DNA of 64,000 nt from an uncultured Verrucomicrobiae bacterium (GCA_963836755.1 CAWIKF010000002.1:1280001-1344000), one strand, 5' to 3'. Shown: positions 39,954 to 50,903, counted from the first letter of the stretch. A program made the numbers and translations. Notes: generated from the sequence alone by a model not told the origin.

Positions 39954-41459
39954 TTAAACGGGCTGCGCGGGATTCACAGAATTTTCTGGCCAGCGCTTTT
40001 GGATCAGGCCGGCAAGCCAGAAGATGAAGGCGATGAGCGTGCTGGCAAGTGTCCAGAACATGATCGGCACCGCTGGCAGCAGGTAGCGGTCGAGGGGGCG
40101 GCCGACGGTCGAGAGAAGGATGAGCGTGAAATAAAACATTGCCGCGCAGCCGAGCCACCAGATCTGGCGCGTGCCCCGCGAAAAATAAATCCAAAATGGC
40201 AGGAAGAGCGCCGTCAAAAATACGGGCGCAATGTAGAAGAGCCACGCCTCGCGGACGCGATGCCGATAAAAGTCGAATTGATGTTTGTCGAGCCGCTGCT
40301 CCATGACCTCGATGACATGCGCGGGCTGCATGTAGGGATCAGCGTGCGTGTAACTTTTCATCGTCCTCTCCGTCGAAGCGACGTCCGAGACGGTCGGCGA
40401 TTGATGCGGGAATGCGCATTTGAAAAGGAGTTTGTGGAGATCGGAAAGCACCTGCTTCGTGTAAGCGAGCTTGTGCGCCATGATCCCCTCGATCGCGAGA
40501 TTGCGGCAGAGCCGGTTCAAGTCGGAGGGAGTTTTGCCGAGGTGTGAAATATACGTGTTGAGCTTCGGCACGATCGTGATTTTGAGGACGAGGTTGTTGT
40601 TCAACGCCGGCAGCTGCCGGTAATCAAGCACGTCCTGCGCGATCAGCGCCTTTGCCTCGGGTGCGATGCCGCCGTCGAGCACCGTGAACTGCGCGGTGCG
40701 GCCGTAAAGGAGGATGCCGCTTTGCGGAGCCGCCGGCCGATGCATGAACCAATGACGCGAAACTTTTTCAGCAGCGATCGGCAGCGCGAATGCGATGAGA
40801 AAAATTCCGATTTGCAGCGCGGCGATTTTCGGCTGCTTGCGAAAATACCACGCGTGCAGCGCGATCAGGACGAGCGGGAAGGGAGCAAAGACGGCCTTTG
40901 TCAGTTGCATCAATCCCGTCGCCAATCCCGTCAGCCAAAGCCAGTGCGGCTGCTCGCGATCGAGCGCTACAAACCACGAGGCGAGAATGATCGACGCGAA
41001 GAAAAAGAGCAGCGTCTCGTTTCGCACCAAATGCTCCAGCGAGAGCGGCAGCGAGTAGACCGCATAACCCCAGCCGCACAAGCCGACGAGCAGAATTGCG
41101 CGTCGCCCGTGCAACATGCGCAGCACGATTGCCGCGCAAAGAATCGCGACGCCGCCGAGGATGTGCTGCGTGATCATCAACGCGTCCATCGTGCCGAAGA
41201 TTTTCAAGCAGGCCGCGATCAGCAGCGAATAGACCGGGCCACGCCGCGGATCGGTTTCCCAGACGCCGGTGTGCATCCATTGAAAGGCGCTGCCGATATA
41301 CGATCCGGCGTCGCGCGACCAAAGAATCGTCGGCACCAAATGGATGAGATAGGCGCGGATGCCAAAGATGATCGCGAAAAGCAAAATCCAGACGACGATC
41401 TCCAGTGCGCGCGGCGGCGCGACGAGGAAGCGGCGGACTTTTTCTGCAGTGGCTTTCAT
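39954..41459 (-). CDS. Multi-TM GT-C-like protein
   Basis: D..SY, QH.LG, EH...E, DRYLLP. Confidence 0.6.
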   Translation of the reverse strand: MKATAEKVRRFLVAPPRALEIVVWILLFAIIFGIRAYLIHLVPTILWSRDAGSYIGSAFQWMHTGVWETDPRRGPVYSLLIAACLKIFGTMDALMITQHILGGVAILCAAIVLRMLHGRRAILLVGLCGWGYAVYSLPLSLEHLVRNETLLFFFASIILASWFVALDREQPHWLWLTGLATGLMQLTKAVFAPFPLVLIALHAWYFRKQPKIAALQIGIFLIAFALPIAAEKVSRHWFMHRPAAPQSGILLYGRTAQFTVLDGGIAPEAKALIAQDVLDYRQLPALNNNLVLKITIVPKLNTYISHLGKTPSDLNRLCRNLAIEGIMAHKLAYTKQVLSDLHKLLFKCAFPHQSPTVSDVASTERTMKSYTHADPYMQPAHVIEVMEQRLDKHQFDFYRHRVREAWLFYIAPVFLTALFLPFWIYFSRGTRQIWWLGCAAMFYFTLILLSTVGRPLDRYLLPAVPIMFWTLASTLIAFIFWLAGLIQKRWPENSVNPAQPV

Positions 41460-42397
41460 GACCGCGACTCCCGCGGAGTGTCGTCAAAGTCCCGCATGCG
41501 CAAAAAGAATTGCTCGCGGTTATAGCGCACGATCGTGTCCAGGATGAACCCGCACACCACACTCAGCGCCGCCAGCAAATCAAGGCCGGTCGCGAGAATC
41601 GCGAGCGGCACGTGATAGACATAGCGATAGCGAAGATAGTCGGTGACTGGAAACAAGCCGACGAGGATCGAAAGCAGGAAGAGCAGAATCGCAATGACGC
41701 CAAAGAAACGGAGTGGCTTAAAATCTTTGACGACATTCACAATGACGCGCAGCACGCGAAAGCCATCCTGAAATGTGTTCAGCTTTGAAAAAGAACCTTC
41801 CGGCCGACTGCGGAAGTCAATGTCCACATCGCGCTGAACGAAGCCTTTGTCGATAGTCTGGATGGATAACTCGGTTTCTACTTCAAAGCCTGTCGCGAGC
41901 ATCGGAATGTTTTTATAGAAGGCGCGAGTAAATAAACGGTATCCCGAGAAGAGGTCGCCGCACGAAGCGTGAAAAATAGTCTCGATAAGTTTGGCGAGCG
42001 CATCGTTGGCCCAAGTATGAGTAGTCTTGAAAGCAGCCTGTTCACTGCTAACGCGCCGTCCCACCACCGTGTCTCCACCTTCTTTCTCAACGGCCGCGAC
42101 TAACTTTACTCCCTCTTCCGCCGGATAAGTGTCGTCGCCATCCACCATGATGAGATAGTCTGAATCGCACTCGCGAAAAAGTCGCTGGACTGCATAGCCT
42201 TTGCCTTTCCGGGACTCAGTGATCACCTCTGCTCCCGCCGCGCGAGCGATGGCGGATGTGGCATCTTTGCTTGCATTATCGATGACAAGGATTCGCGCAG
42301 CAGGAAATATGCGGCGGAAATCCTCGACGACTTTTTTGATCGTCAACTCTTCGTTGTAGCACGGGATCCCGATGGTAAGAGACTTGGAGGAACTCAT
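41456..42397 (-). CDS. GT2 glycosyltransferase
   Basis: IPCYNEE, DN.S.D, GKG, DGDDTY, SGYR. Confidence 0.9.
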   Translation of the reverse strand: MSSSKSLTIGIPCYNEELTIKKVVEDFRRIFPAARILVIDNASKDATSAIARAAGAEVITESRKGKGYAVQRLFRECDSDYLIMVDGDDTYPAEEGVKLVAAVEKEGGDTVVGRRVSSEQAAFKTTHTWANDALAKLIETIFHASCGDLFSGYRLFTRAFYKNIPMLATGFEVETELSIQTIDKGFVQRDVDIDFRSRPEGSFSKLNTFQDGFRVLRVIVNVVKDFKPLRFFGVIAILLFLLSILVGLFPVTDYLRYRYVYHVPLAILATGLDLLAALSVVCGFILDTIVRYNREQFFLRMRDFDDTPRESRS

Positions 42398-42430
42398 GGT
42401 TCGGCGTCAAGGTTCTCGAGTAAACAACGA

Positions 42431-44014
42431 CTAGGTCTGCGAAGCCGCTGCCACTTTTCCACGCGTGCAGAGGAACTCGATGCCGCTCCAGATCGCATCG
42501 AAGACAAAGAGAGCATAAAGGACGCAGAATGGCTCAAAGACAAAGCGATAGCGCGGATTCACAACACCTGTCAGCAGCACCACGAACCAGACTCCGAGAA
42601 GGGTAATGATCCATGAGACATGAAACCGCCAGAGCGGGGTCGGCCAGAGCATTGCCGCGATCATTCCAAGGAATGCGAGCGCGAAGAAGTAGGAAAGACC
42701 TTGCACAGTGGCTGCGGGATACCTTTGATCGGGAAACCGCGCGTGTAGAGTCAGCTTGTTCCAGTTCCGCTGGAGCGGACTGAACCAGTCAGGTTCCAGC
42801 GGTGGAGAAGTGCGCTCGATGAATGCCTGCACCTCCTGCTTGGTTTTGAGGTCTTTCCCAGTGAGACCTTTGGTCAATCCATAGAGCCACACCTTTCTAG
42901 TATAAGCCGCGAGCTGCTTGTCTTGCACCCAATACTTCGTGTAACCGCCGCTGGTGGGTCCCTTGCAACTCATGAGGAACTTATTCATCGCGATCACCGG
43001 GAGAAGGAAAGGTCTATTCAACGCTGCTTCCACGGCGAGCTTTTGACAAAAGGCGCCGGTCTCGTCGGACCCATTCCCGTTGGCGCTGTAGTATTCACGC
43101 ACCTTGTTGTAGATAGCTTTTTCGGCAGTGGTTAGTTCGGTGCGAACCGTAGGACCCTGGTCAATGTATTGCTGGCGGAGCGGCGCGACCCATGGGCTAA
43201 AGTCAGGAAGAACCTTGGACGTCTCGGGAGCCAAAGGAAGAACCGTGGCATAAAGTAAAAGTCCGGCCTGCGAGCTGCGGCTGCTCAACCAGATCAAACC
43301 GCAAGCCAGCACGGTAATGCCCATCTTTATCGCCCATCTTCTGGTCTCTCCCCAGTAAACAAGCGCCACGAGCAGAATCGCGAAAAGGACGAAGAGCTTT
43401 CCTTCCGGTCGCGAACCGGCGGTGAAAAACAGCGCGACCAGTAATCCGGCAAGGCGGCCGTTCGTCGGCTTCAAAGTCAGCATGGTTCCAACCAGTGCGA
43501 GAGTTATCGCGCAAAAGATATAGTGCGACTCCGCGAGCAGCGCATGTTCATACCAAAGCACCGCCGGATTCAATGTAGTCAGAATCGTCGCTGGAATGAT
43601 GAAGACCTTCCAGTGCCGGAACCATTCGCGCGTCAAAGCTCCAGCCATCACTGTCGTGATCATTCCGAGCAAGTGCTGGAAAAGCGGGATGATCAGCAGT
43701 GCCGGAATTTTTAATAGAAACGGCAGCGTGAAAAGAATGGGCCCGAGAAAGGCCTTTTTGCCGTGCAAAACCAGCGAGTGGTGATGAGCTTGCAACAGCC
43801 GCTGCGTGGTCAGGAGAAAATCCGCAGTGTCGGCCTGCATGTAGCCGTAGGGAAAATGAATGATCAGCCACGCCCGTGCGATGCCGCCGAGGATCAAGGC
43901 CGGCAGGCACCACCAAAGCAATTGCCGAAAGCTGTCACCGCGGATGGCCGCGACCAACGCGGCCCATTGGGTGCGGCAGGTATTGCTTATCTTTTCTTTG
44001 TAAGGTTTAGCCAT
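42431..44014 (-). CDS. Multi-TM GT-C-like protein
   Basis: D..DFL, QHLLG, EH...AE, RPEG, PRYR...EP. Confidence 0.6.
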   Translation of the reverse strand: MAKPYKEKISNTCRTQWAALVAAIRGDSFRQLLWWCLPALILGGIARAWLIIHFPYGYMQADTADFLLTTQRLLQAHHHSLVLHGKKAFLGPILFTLPFLLKIPALLIIPLFQHLLGMITTVMAGALTREWFRHWKVFIIPATILTTLNPAVLWYEHALLAESHYIFCAITLALVGTMLTLKPTNGRLAGLLVALFFTAGSRPEGKLFVLFAILLVALVYWGETRRWAIKMGITVLACGLIWLSSRSSQAGLLLYATVLPLAPETSKVLPDFSPWVAPLRQQYIDQGPTVRTELTTAEKAIYNKVREYYSANGNGSDETGAFCQKLAVEAALNRPFLLPVIAMNKFLMSCKGPTSGGYTKYWVQDKQLAAYTRKVWLYGLTKGLTGKDLKTKQEVQAFIERTSPPLEPDWFSPLQRNWNKLTLHARFPDQRYPAATVQGLSYFFALAFLGMIAAMLWPTPLWRFHVSWIITLLGVWFVVLLTGVVNPRYRFVFEPFCVLYALFVFDAIWSGIEFLCTRGKVAAASQT

Positions 44015-44095
44015 GATAAAGGGATGCGTGTGTGAAAGGGGCGAAGTCTTATCCGACTCCGCAAAAATTCCGGCGGCGCTTTTGAAGGTGGGGCG

Positions 44096-45631
44096 CTATT
44101 TGATTGCAGGTTGCCGGCGAAAAGTAACGATTTTTGTCGCGATAAAATCGCAAAGTATGCCGAGATACAGCAGCCAAAATGGCTCGAGAAAAAGTCGAAA
44201 GCGCGGCCGCACGTTTCCAGTCAGGAAGATCATCGCCGCGATCAGCGCCAGCGTGATTCCCATGCTAATATGCCACGTTTGGAACGGTGATTTGCGCACC
44301 GCTGCGATGCAAAATCCAACGAAGGCTATGGTGTAAATCTGCGGGATGGGCGGCCAGACGACGTGGTCGAACCGCCATTTCTTGCAAGGAAACGAGAACT
44401 TGCGAATCCCCTTTCTCCAATTGTCATGAAGCTTGTTGAACCAAGCCACTTCTGCGGGATAGTGACCCCTCGCGAAGGCGAGTGCCTCTGCCTCGCTGTG
44501 GAATTGACGATTGATGAGCAATTGAAAAATTGCCGGCGAGATTCTTTGGAACCGCGCAAAAAGGCGTAGTTCCTTGCCTCGCGCGACCTTCTTGTCGAGT
44601 TGCGAGCCCGGCAGGTAGTTGATCGGGCTGGCCGCTTTTTTAATGAGCACGCCCAGCGCGGCGACGGGATGCTGCAGGCATGTTTCGACGCCGATGCGAA
44701 AACAAAGTTTGCTTTCGAGCCGAAATTGTTCAGCCGCCGGCACGCCTTCCAGATGGAGATAGCTGCCGGTGACTTTTGCAAGCGCTTCACTCACGTGCAT
44801 CTGCCGCGTGGGAGGAATCTGCAGCCCATCGCTGTCATATTTTTCCCAATCTCGAACGGCCTGTGCTTTCATGGGAGCAATTACGGTTTCAAAACCGGGA
44901 GCGGTGCGAAGATGATCGGGGGTCAAATGAAGCACGGAGCTGTAAAGCAGCCTGCCACCTTCATCGCCGTGGCTCGTGAACATCACGATCAGCATCGCGA
45001 GGAAAATCGGCGTCAAAAATCCAGCCAATCGCAATGGCTGCCGCCATTCATTCAATGCGAGAAGCAGCACGGGAAACAAAATAAAGAAACGTCCCTCAGG
45101 CCGCGTCAGTGCCACGAAAAGGAACGCGACAGCCATGCAGATCGCGCTCGCACGCGTGCGAGCGGCGGCATACCAAACGCCCGTCGCCGCCAGAGCGATG
45201 ATGAAAAAAAGGTAGAACGCTTCCGCCCACATGAAGTGCTCGAAAAAAAGAAAACTGGGATTGATCGCGCAGAGGATCGTCAGCAGCGGAACGAAAACTT
45301 TCCAGAAACGAACCAGCGGCGCGATGATCAGGCCGTAGAGCAGCACCTGCGCGCAGCCGAGCAGATGCTGAACGATTGGAACGACGCCGAGAACGGGCAG
45401 ATGCAGCCCCGCGATCGCGGAGTAAAGAAGCGGCAGAAAAACCGTCTTCTTTTCGTGGATTTCAAACCCCGAATCCTTCTGCAGCGACAGCGCAGTTTTT
45501 AAAAAATCGTAAAGGTCTTCGTTGAAGCAGGCGAGCGGCGCGTCGTGCATCAGCCGGACGCGCACGAAGATCGCGACCAGCAGCGCGGGGACGCAAAAGC
45601 AGAGGACTTTTTTCGTTGGCGGGAAAGTCAT
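44096..45631 (-). CDS. Multi-TM GT-C-like protein, paralogue of 42431-44014
   Basis: D..DFL, QHLLG, EH...AE, RPEG, PRFR...EP. Confidence 0.6.
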   Translation of the reverse strand: MTFPPTKKVLCFCVPALLVAIFVRVRLMHDAPLACFNEDLYDFLKTALSLQKDSGFEIHEKKTVFLPLLYSAIAGLHLPVLGVVPIVQHLLGCAQVLLYGLIIAPLVRFWKVFVPLLTILCAINPSFLFFEHFMWAEAFYLFFIIALAATGVWYAAARTRASAICMAVAFLFVALTRPEGRFFILFPVLLLALNEWRQPLRLAGFLTPIFLAMLIVMFTSHGDEGGRLLYSSVLHLTPDHLRTAPGFETVIAPMKAQAVRDWEKYDSDGLQIPPTRQMHVSEALAKVTGSYLHLEGVPAAEQFRLESKLCFRIGVETCLQHPVAALGVLIKKAASPINYLPGSQLDKKVARGKELRLFARFQRISPAIFQLLINRQFHSEAEALAFARGHYPAEVAWFNKLHDNWRKGIRKFSFPCKKWRFDHVVWPPIPQIYTIAFVGFCIAAVRKSPFQTWHISMGITLALIAAMIFLTGNVRPRFRLFLEPFWLLYLGILCDFIATKIVTFRRQPAIK

Positions 45632-46602
45632 GCGCGCACCGGATCCTCAATCGAACTTTTACGCGAGCGGTGGAAATATTCGCCGGCGAAGGGCGCACCG
45701 CCGATCGCCGGCAAGAGATAGCGCGCCGTGCAAAGAAGACCGAGCGCCGCAGCCGTCACCGCTGGGAAAAACGGCTTGTAAAAAAACACGAGCGCTGCGT
45801 CGCGCGTGCCGACGCCGGCAAAGGTGAGCGGCAGCAAGCCCGCCAAAATCGCAAGCGGCGAAAGCGCGAGACTCGTCAGGAACGGCGTCCAGGCGCGCAG
45901 CGCGAGAATGAACATCCAGATTTGCAGCAAATGCAAAAACCAGATGAAGACTGACGTCGCCGCCACGCATATCAGTTGCACTTTGCTCTTCCAAAAATAG
46001 CCATGCATCTCGCGCCACGCTTCCTGCAGGCGCGCGAGTTTTGCTCCGACCTTTCGCGGCGCGAGGCGCACTCCGCTTTCAAAGAAGAAATGCGCGAACC
46101 GCTGCGAACCAATGAGCAAAAGTCCAAGCGCGAGCCCGCTGAAAATGCAAATCGTCATGGCCCAAAAAAGCCAGTCTTTGCGCGGATAAAGCAGCAGGCC
46201 GAAAACGCACCAGACCAGCAGCGAAAGCATGTCGCACGTCTTTTCAAAAACGACCAGCGCCAGCGAGAGTGAGCCGCTCATGTGCCCGCGCTCGCGCATG
46301 AACCAAGCCTTCGCGATGTCGCCCATTTTTGACGGAAGGATCAAATTCAGCACGCTCGCGACGAGGATCAATTTGTTCGCCTCGCCGAAGCCGAGCTGGC
46401 CTCGCGTCGGCATCAATTGCTGCAAGCGCCACGACGTGAAAAGCGTCAGCGGCACGACCATGCTAAGGCTCAGCGCCATCCACATCCGATCGCATTTCGC
46501 GAAGACCTGCCCGAGCTGCGCGAGCTGGCCGTGCTGGTTCAGCTTCCAATAAATCGCCGCGAGGATCGTGAGGCTGACGACGATGGAGATAATGCGTTTC
46601 AT
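45628..46602 (-). CDS. LPG-synthase TM / flippase-like protein
   Basis: RLQ.L, N.ILPSKMGD, EK..D, P.T.AG.GTRD. Confidence 0.85.
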   Translation of the reverse strand: MKRIISIVVSLTILAAIYWKLNQHGQLAQLGQVFAKCDRMWMALSLSMVVPLTLFTSWRLQQLMPTRGQLGFGEANKLILVASVLNLILPSKMGDIAKAWFMRERGHMSGSLSLALVVFEKTCDMLSLLVWCVFGLLLYPRKDWLFWAMTICIFSGLALGLLLIGSQRFAHFFFESGVRLAPRKVGAKLARLQEAWREMHGYFWKSKVQLICVAATSVFIWFLHLLQIWMFILALRAWTPFLTSLALSPLAILAGLLPLTFAGVGTRDAALVFFYKPFFPAVTAAALGLLCTARYLLPAIGGAPFAGEYFHRSRKSSIEDPVRA

Positions 46603-46728
46603 TCAAAAATTCGTCAGCACGGATGAACGGACATTGGGATGAATGAAAGGAAAAATATTCATTCGTCTTGATCACTGCTCTCAAGCCTTTTGGCGTAAAA
46701 CCATCGCGGCGAGCACGCGCATTTGTCT

Positions 46729-48315
46729 TTAAAAAGTGCGCTCGACGCGCAAGGGCTCCGTTGCCGGTAGGCCCCGCACTTCTTCAGTCAGATCGAGCCA
46801 CGGCTGCATCTGCCCGGCTTGGAATGTGCGACTCATCACCACGTAGATCGACGTTTGCGCCGCGCCGATTCCGGCGGCTTCCACATGCTCCCATGTCTTG
46901 GCTTTCAACGTGTCGATGACGCGGAGCTGCGCGTCACCCCACGTAATTTTTCGCTCAAAGGAAAAAGGCGCGGATTTTTTGCCCGTGATCAAAATCCCCT
47001 GCAAAAGTTTGCGGACGAGGTTCGGAAAAAATCGCCCGCCGCAAAACATGATCAGCCGCAACACCATGAGGTTAAAGGTCGTCATCTGCTTCGTCTTGGC
47101 CCAGCCGAGTTTGCCGGAGATCGTGATTTCATCGGCCTCGGCGCGGATGTTGTATTTGCCGACGAGATGGCCGACGGCGTTGCGAAGTTTTTTCCCGTCC
47201 TTCACCAGCAGCGAAAGGTGCGTGTCGGATGCGACGAGTTTTTGATCGCGAAAAAACTTCAACGCTCCGCCTTTATTTAAAGCGAGATAAAGCTCGCGGC
47301 CTTTTCCGCGCTCGATCAAAAGCCCCGCGTTTTTGAAAATTTTCGAGTCGGCCGGACGTTTGATTGCAGCTCGCTGCGCGGCAAAATTTTTCCACGCGAG
47401 AAGGTAACTCCACGTGTGATGGCCGATGATGTGATCGTCCGCGAAACAAGGCGCAAGGCCGTTTTGCAGGCCTTTGAGGATTTGGTCATTGATCGCCGTG
47501 GCCGATGGAAGCCAGCGCGCAACCAACTCGAAACCGTGCGGGAAAAAGTTGTAGGTGTTGCGGCTCGTGTATTCGCCGCCGAACGAGCCGTCGGGATGCA
47601 CAAATTCCGCGGCGAACGCGACCGCTTTTTCCAGCGCGACTTTGATTTCATCCGATGGCAGCAGCTCATAAATCTGCGCGAGCAATCCGATCGTGAGCGT
47701 GTGATAGCCGGGATCGGCACCTTCGTATTCCTGAAACCAGCCTTCGTCGTCCTGCCATTTCAGAACGCGATTCAGGCGCTTCTCCTTCGCCTTATCCCAC
47801 ACGGTGGTGCTCAACAGTCGCCCCACTTTTTCAAGGCAAAGAACGATCAGCGCCTGGTGATTTGTCAGCCGGCCGCTCTCGTGATGCCGCGCGAGCCACG
47901 TCGCGCGCAGGTGAAAAAAGCGAAGCATCTCCTCGCTGCTCAACCCGAGCAGCGTGTAACTTTCCACGCACGCGAGCAGCGAAAACGCCGCGGCGCCGCC
48001 CGCTTTTTCAAACGGAAAATAATCGTCGCAAGCGCCATCCGGATGCGCGCTGCGGGCGGCGAAAAGAATGCCCGCCTCGATCCATTCGCGCAAAACTTGG
48101 CGCTGAAAAAATGGATTTTCCGGCGCGTCGCAAGTCAGCGCCAGCGCGAGCGGCCAGACAAATTCCTGCGACATGCCACTCGGGAAATCGATGATTTTGT
48201 AATGCCAGAAATTGCGGTCGAAGCAGCCATACGTCGGGCTGTGCGCGTTCCGATCGAGCAGCGTCAAAATCTTCGGAATCTGCGCCAGCGCCTCACGCGC
48301 GAACAAATCTTTCAT
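46729..48315 (-). CDS. Hypothetical protein, probable alpha/alpha-toroid (heparinase/lyase-like)
   Basis: GCFDR..WHYK, Q..EGWF.EY.GAD.GY, HPDGS.GG; ATGA-coupled to upstream GT2. Confidence 0.65.
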   Translation of the reverse strand: MKDLFAREALAQIPKILTLLDRNAHSPTYGCFDRNFWHYKIIDFPSGMSQEFVWPLALALTCDAPENPFFQRQVLREWIEAGILFAARSAHPDGACDDYFPFEKAGGAAAFSLLACVESYTLLGLSSEEMLRFFHLRATWLARHHESGRLTNHQALIVLCLEKVGRLLSTTVWDKAKEKRLNRVLKWQDDEGWFQEYEGADPGYHTLTIGLLAQIYELLPSDEIKVALEKAVAFAAEFVHPDGSFGGEYTSRNTYNFFPHGFELVARWLPSATAINDQILKGLQNGLAPCFADDHIIGHHTWSYLLAWKNFAAQRAAIKRPADSKIFKNAGLLIERGKGRELYLALNKGGALKFFRDQKLVASDTHLSLLVKDGKKLRNAVGHLVGKYNIRAEADEITISGKLGWAKTKQMTTFNLMVLRLIMFCGGRFFPNLVRKLLQGILITGKKSAPFSFERKITWGDAQLRVIDTLKAKTWEHVEAAGIGAAQTSIYVVMSRTFQAGQMQPWLDLTEEVRGLPATEPLRVERTF

Positions 48316-49250
48316 CGCAGATCGAGACGCCGCACCCGCACTTGAATGTCCTCGAGCAGCTTGCGATTGAGCGCGATGATGTCCGCGATTACGCCAAAAA
48401 TCAGAAGCTGCACGCCGATCAAAATCAGGATCGCCGCGAGGATCAAACTCGGCACGTGCGCGCGCACCGGATCGCGCAGAAAAAGCATGATCCACCGCAC
48501 GCCAATCGCGACGCCCGCGACGAATGGCAGCGTGCCGCAGATCGTGAAAAACCGGAGCGGTTTGTAGCTGATGAAAATGCGCACGATCGTGAAAATCGAA
48601 CGCTTGATATAAGCGCCCATGCTTTTCATCAGGCGCGACGGGCGCAAAAATGGATTCGTCCGCACCGGCACCGACACGATGCGCATTCCTTTCTGCCCGG
48701 CCTGGATGATCGTCTCGAGCGTGTAGGTGTATGGGCTGAAAACATTCAGCCGCATCGCCGCGTCGCGACTCATCGCGCGGAAGCCGCTCGGCGCATCGGG
48801 AATGTCCGTGCTGCTCGCCACGCGCACGACCCAACTCCCAAGTTTTTGTAGCAATTTTTTGACCGGCGAAAAATGTTCGATCTCGCTGATCGGCCGCGCG
48901 CCGATGACGATCTCCGCCTCTCCGCGGAGAATCGGCGCGACCAACTTTGGGATGTCATCAGCGCAGTATTGATTGTCCGCGTCGGTGTTCACGATCACGT
49001 CCGCATCGGCCCGCAGAGCCGCTTCCAGCCCGGCGAGAAAACCTTTCGCGAGTCCGCGATGCCCGCCGAGATCGACCACGTGATCGACACCGTGCGCACG
49101 CGCGACGGACACGGTTTTGTCCGTGCTGCCGTCGTTGACGATCAGCCATTCCACCTTGTCAAAACCCTCGACCGCGCGCGGCAGCGCAGCGAGCGCTACG
49201 CCGAGCGTCTGCTCCTCGTTGTAGCAAGGTATTTGGATGATCAGCTTCAA
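48312..49250 (-). CDS. GT2 glycosyltransferase
   Basis: QIPCYNEE, NDGSTD, NTDADNQY, DAPSGFRA. Confidence 0.9.
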   Translation of the reverse strand: MKLIIQIPCYNEEQTLGVALAALPRAVEGFDKVEWLIVNDGSTDKTVSVARAHGVDHVVDLGGHRGLAKGFLAGLEAALRADADVIVNTDADNQYCADDIPKLVAPILRGEAEIVIGARPISEIEHFSPVKKLLQKLGSWVVRVASSTDIPDAPSGFRAMSRDAAMRLNVFSPYTYTLETIIQAGQKGMRIVSVPVRTNPFLRPSRLMKSMGAYIKRSIFTIVRIFISYKPLRFFTICGTLPFVAGVAIGVRWIMLFLRDPVRAHVPSLILAAILILIGVQLLIFGVIADIIALNRKLLEDIQVRVRRLDLR

Positions 49251-49376
49251 ATGTCCCGAGGAAAATTGGGTCGCTGATTATTGTGAAATTGCACGGACCG
49301 CAAAGCTTTTTCCAAGCGGTAACGGAGCGTTAAAAACTTGCCGCAGCCGTGACGCGCGATTAGTCACGCCGCTGTC

Positions 49377-50900
49377 GTGAACCTTGCCCGCACTCAGTTT
49401 TCCCGATGGCTGCCGTTGCTCTCCGTCGCCTTTTGTGTCGCGACTTTCCCGCTCATTTTCGTGAAAGCGATGCTGGAGGGCATCAATCACGACGAGCACC
49501 AATTCATCGCGCCCGCGGTGCTGCTCGCGCGTCACGGATTGCAGCCGTATCGCGACTTTCCGCTCTTTCATCTGCCGGTGCTCACGTTCATTTTCGCCGC
49601 GCTCGACAAAGTTGGCAGCATGCCCTTTTTGCTCGCGCGATCGTTTAACGCTTTGTGCGCCGCGCTTGGTGTTTGCGCCGTCTTTCTTTACGCGAAAAAA
49701 TGTTTGGTCGCGCAAAATCCGGCGTTCCGATTTCTAATTTCACTCGGCTTCGCGCTCATCTTTCTGACGTCAAAACTTTTCGTTTCGACGAACGGTAAAG
49801 CATGGAATCACGACCTGCCGATGCTGCTGACAGTCTGTGCAGTTTGCTTGCACATTCATGCCGTCGTTTCGCGCGAACCCGCATGGATACTGGTCTTGAG
49901 CGGAATCTGCATCGGACTCGCGATTGGCGCGCGATTGACTTACGCGCCGCTGGTCGCGCCGTTCTTCCTGACAATTTTTCTGTTCCCGCAGACGTTGCGG
50001 CAGAGATTCATTTTCGCCGCATGGTTCAGCGCAGCCGTCGCGATCGCGCTGTTGCCGGTCTGGTGGTATTTCGCCACGGTTCGCGAGCAATTTCTTTTCG
50101 ATAACTTTCAATTTCCGCGTTTACGTCTTCTCGATCCGACGGACGAGCGAGCGCATAAAACCGTGAAGCTTTGGCGAAAATTTCGGTTCTTCGCGAAGGA
50201 AGTTGTCTGCAAAGATCCGGCCGTTTTTCTCGCATTCGCGCTCGGACTGCCCGGCCTCCTCCGCGGCGTTCGCTCGCGTGATTTTTCGAGTCTGCTGTTT
50301 GCGAGTTTACTGCCGTTCGTGCTCTATGGCTGCTTCGCGCCGACTCGCTATCAATACCAGCACTTTTACGTCATCGCACCGTTTTGCATCATGGCTGCGG
50401 CGCGCGGTTTTGCGCTCTGGCCATGGCCGCGAGTGCAAAATTGGGTCGCGGGAACTTTGCTTGCACTCGCAATTTGGTCGGTCTCGATGCACGCGCGCTA
50501 TCGCGAAGTCCTTTCAAAATTCGCACATCCGAATGAGTGGGTGACCGTGCAGACGCATCAACTCGGCGTGAAACTCCGCACGTTTGCTGGGGAGGGGAAA
50601 GTGATGACTTTTGCGGCAATCATTCCGCTCGAAGGCGGTCTCGACATTTATCCGGAATTCGCTACGGGGCCTTTCGCGATGCGGCTTGCGCACCTTGTCC
50701 CACCGGCGCGTCGGCTGCAAATGGACCTCGTGGCGCGCGACGACCTCACACGTTTTCTGGATGCGGATCCACCGGTCGCAATTCTGCTGGGGTTCGAGCC
50801 GGAGTTGGAACGGTCGCTAAAAACTTACGCGCGCCGTCACCATTTTCATCTCGCGTTTAAAGATCGCGGCCAGGAATTTTGGATCGCGCCGCCGCGCTGA
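49377..50900 (+). CDS. Multi-TM GT-C-like glycosyltransferase
   Basis: NHDE loop, PY.DF...H.P, many TMs. Confidence 0.65.
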   Translation: MNLARTQFSRWLPLLSVAFCVATFPLIFVKAMLEGINHDEHQFIAPAVLLARHGLQPYRDFPLFHLPVLTFIFAALDKVGSMPFLLARSFNALCAALGVCAVFLYAKKCLVAQNPAFRFLISLGFALIFLTSKLFVSTNGKAWNHDLPMLLTVCAVCLHIHAVVSREPAWILVLSGICIGLAIGARLTYAPLVAPFFLTIFLFPQTLRQRFIFAAWFSAAVAIALLPVWWYFATVREQFLFDNFQFPRLRLLDPTDERAHKTVKLWRKFRFFAKEVVCKDPAVFLAFALGLPGLLRGVRSRDFSSLLFASLLPFVLYGCFAPTRYQYQHFYVIAPFCIMAAARGFALWPWPRVQNWVAGTLLALAIWSVSMHARYREVLSKFAHPNEWVTVQTHQLGVKLRTFAGEGKVMTFAAIIPLEGGLDIYPEFATGPFAMRLAHLVPPARRLQMDLVARDDLTRFLDADPPVAILLGFEPELERSLKTYARRHHFHLAFKDRGQEFWIAPPR

Positions 50901-50903
50901 AAA

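Noticed and set aside
48316..48834. N-terminal extension of the 701-aa ORF
   Set aside because: Overlaps the GT2 gene out of frame; the coupled ATG at 48315 is the likely start
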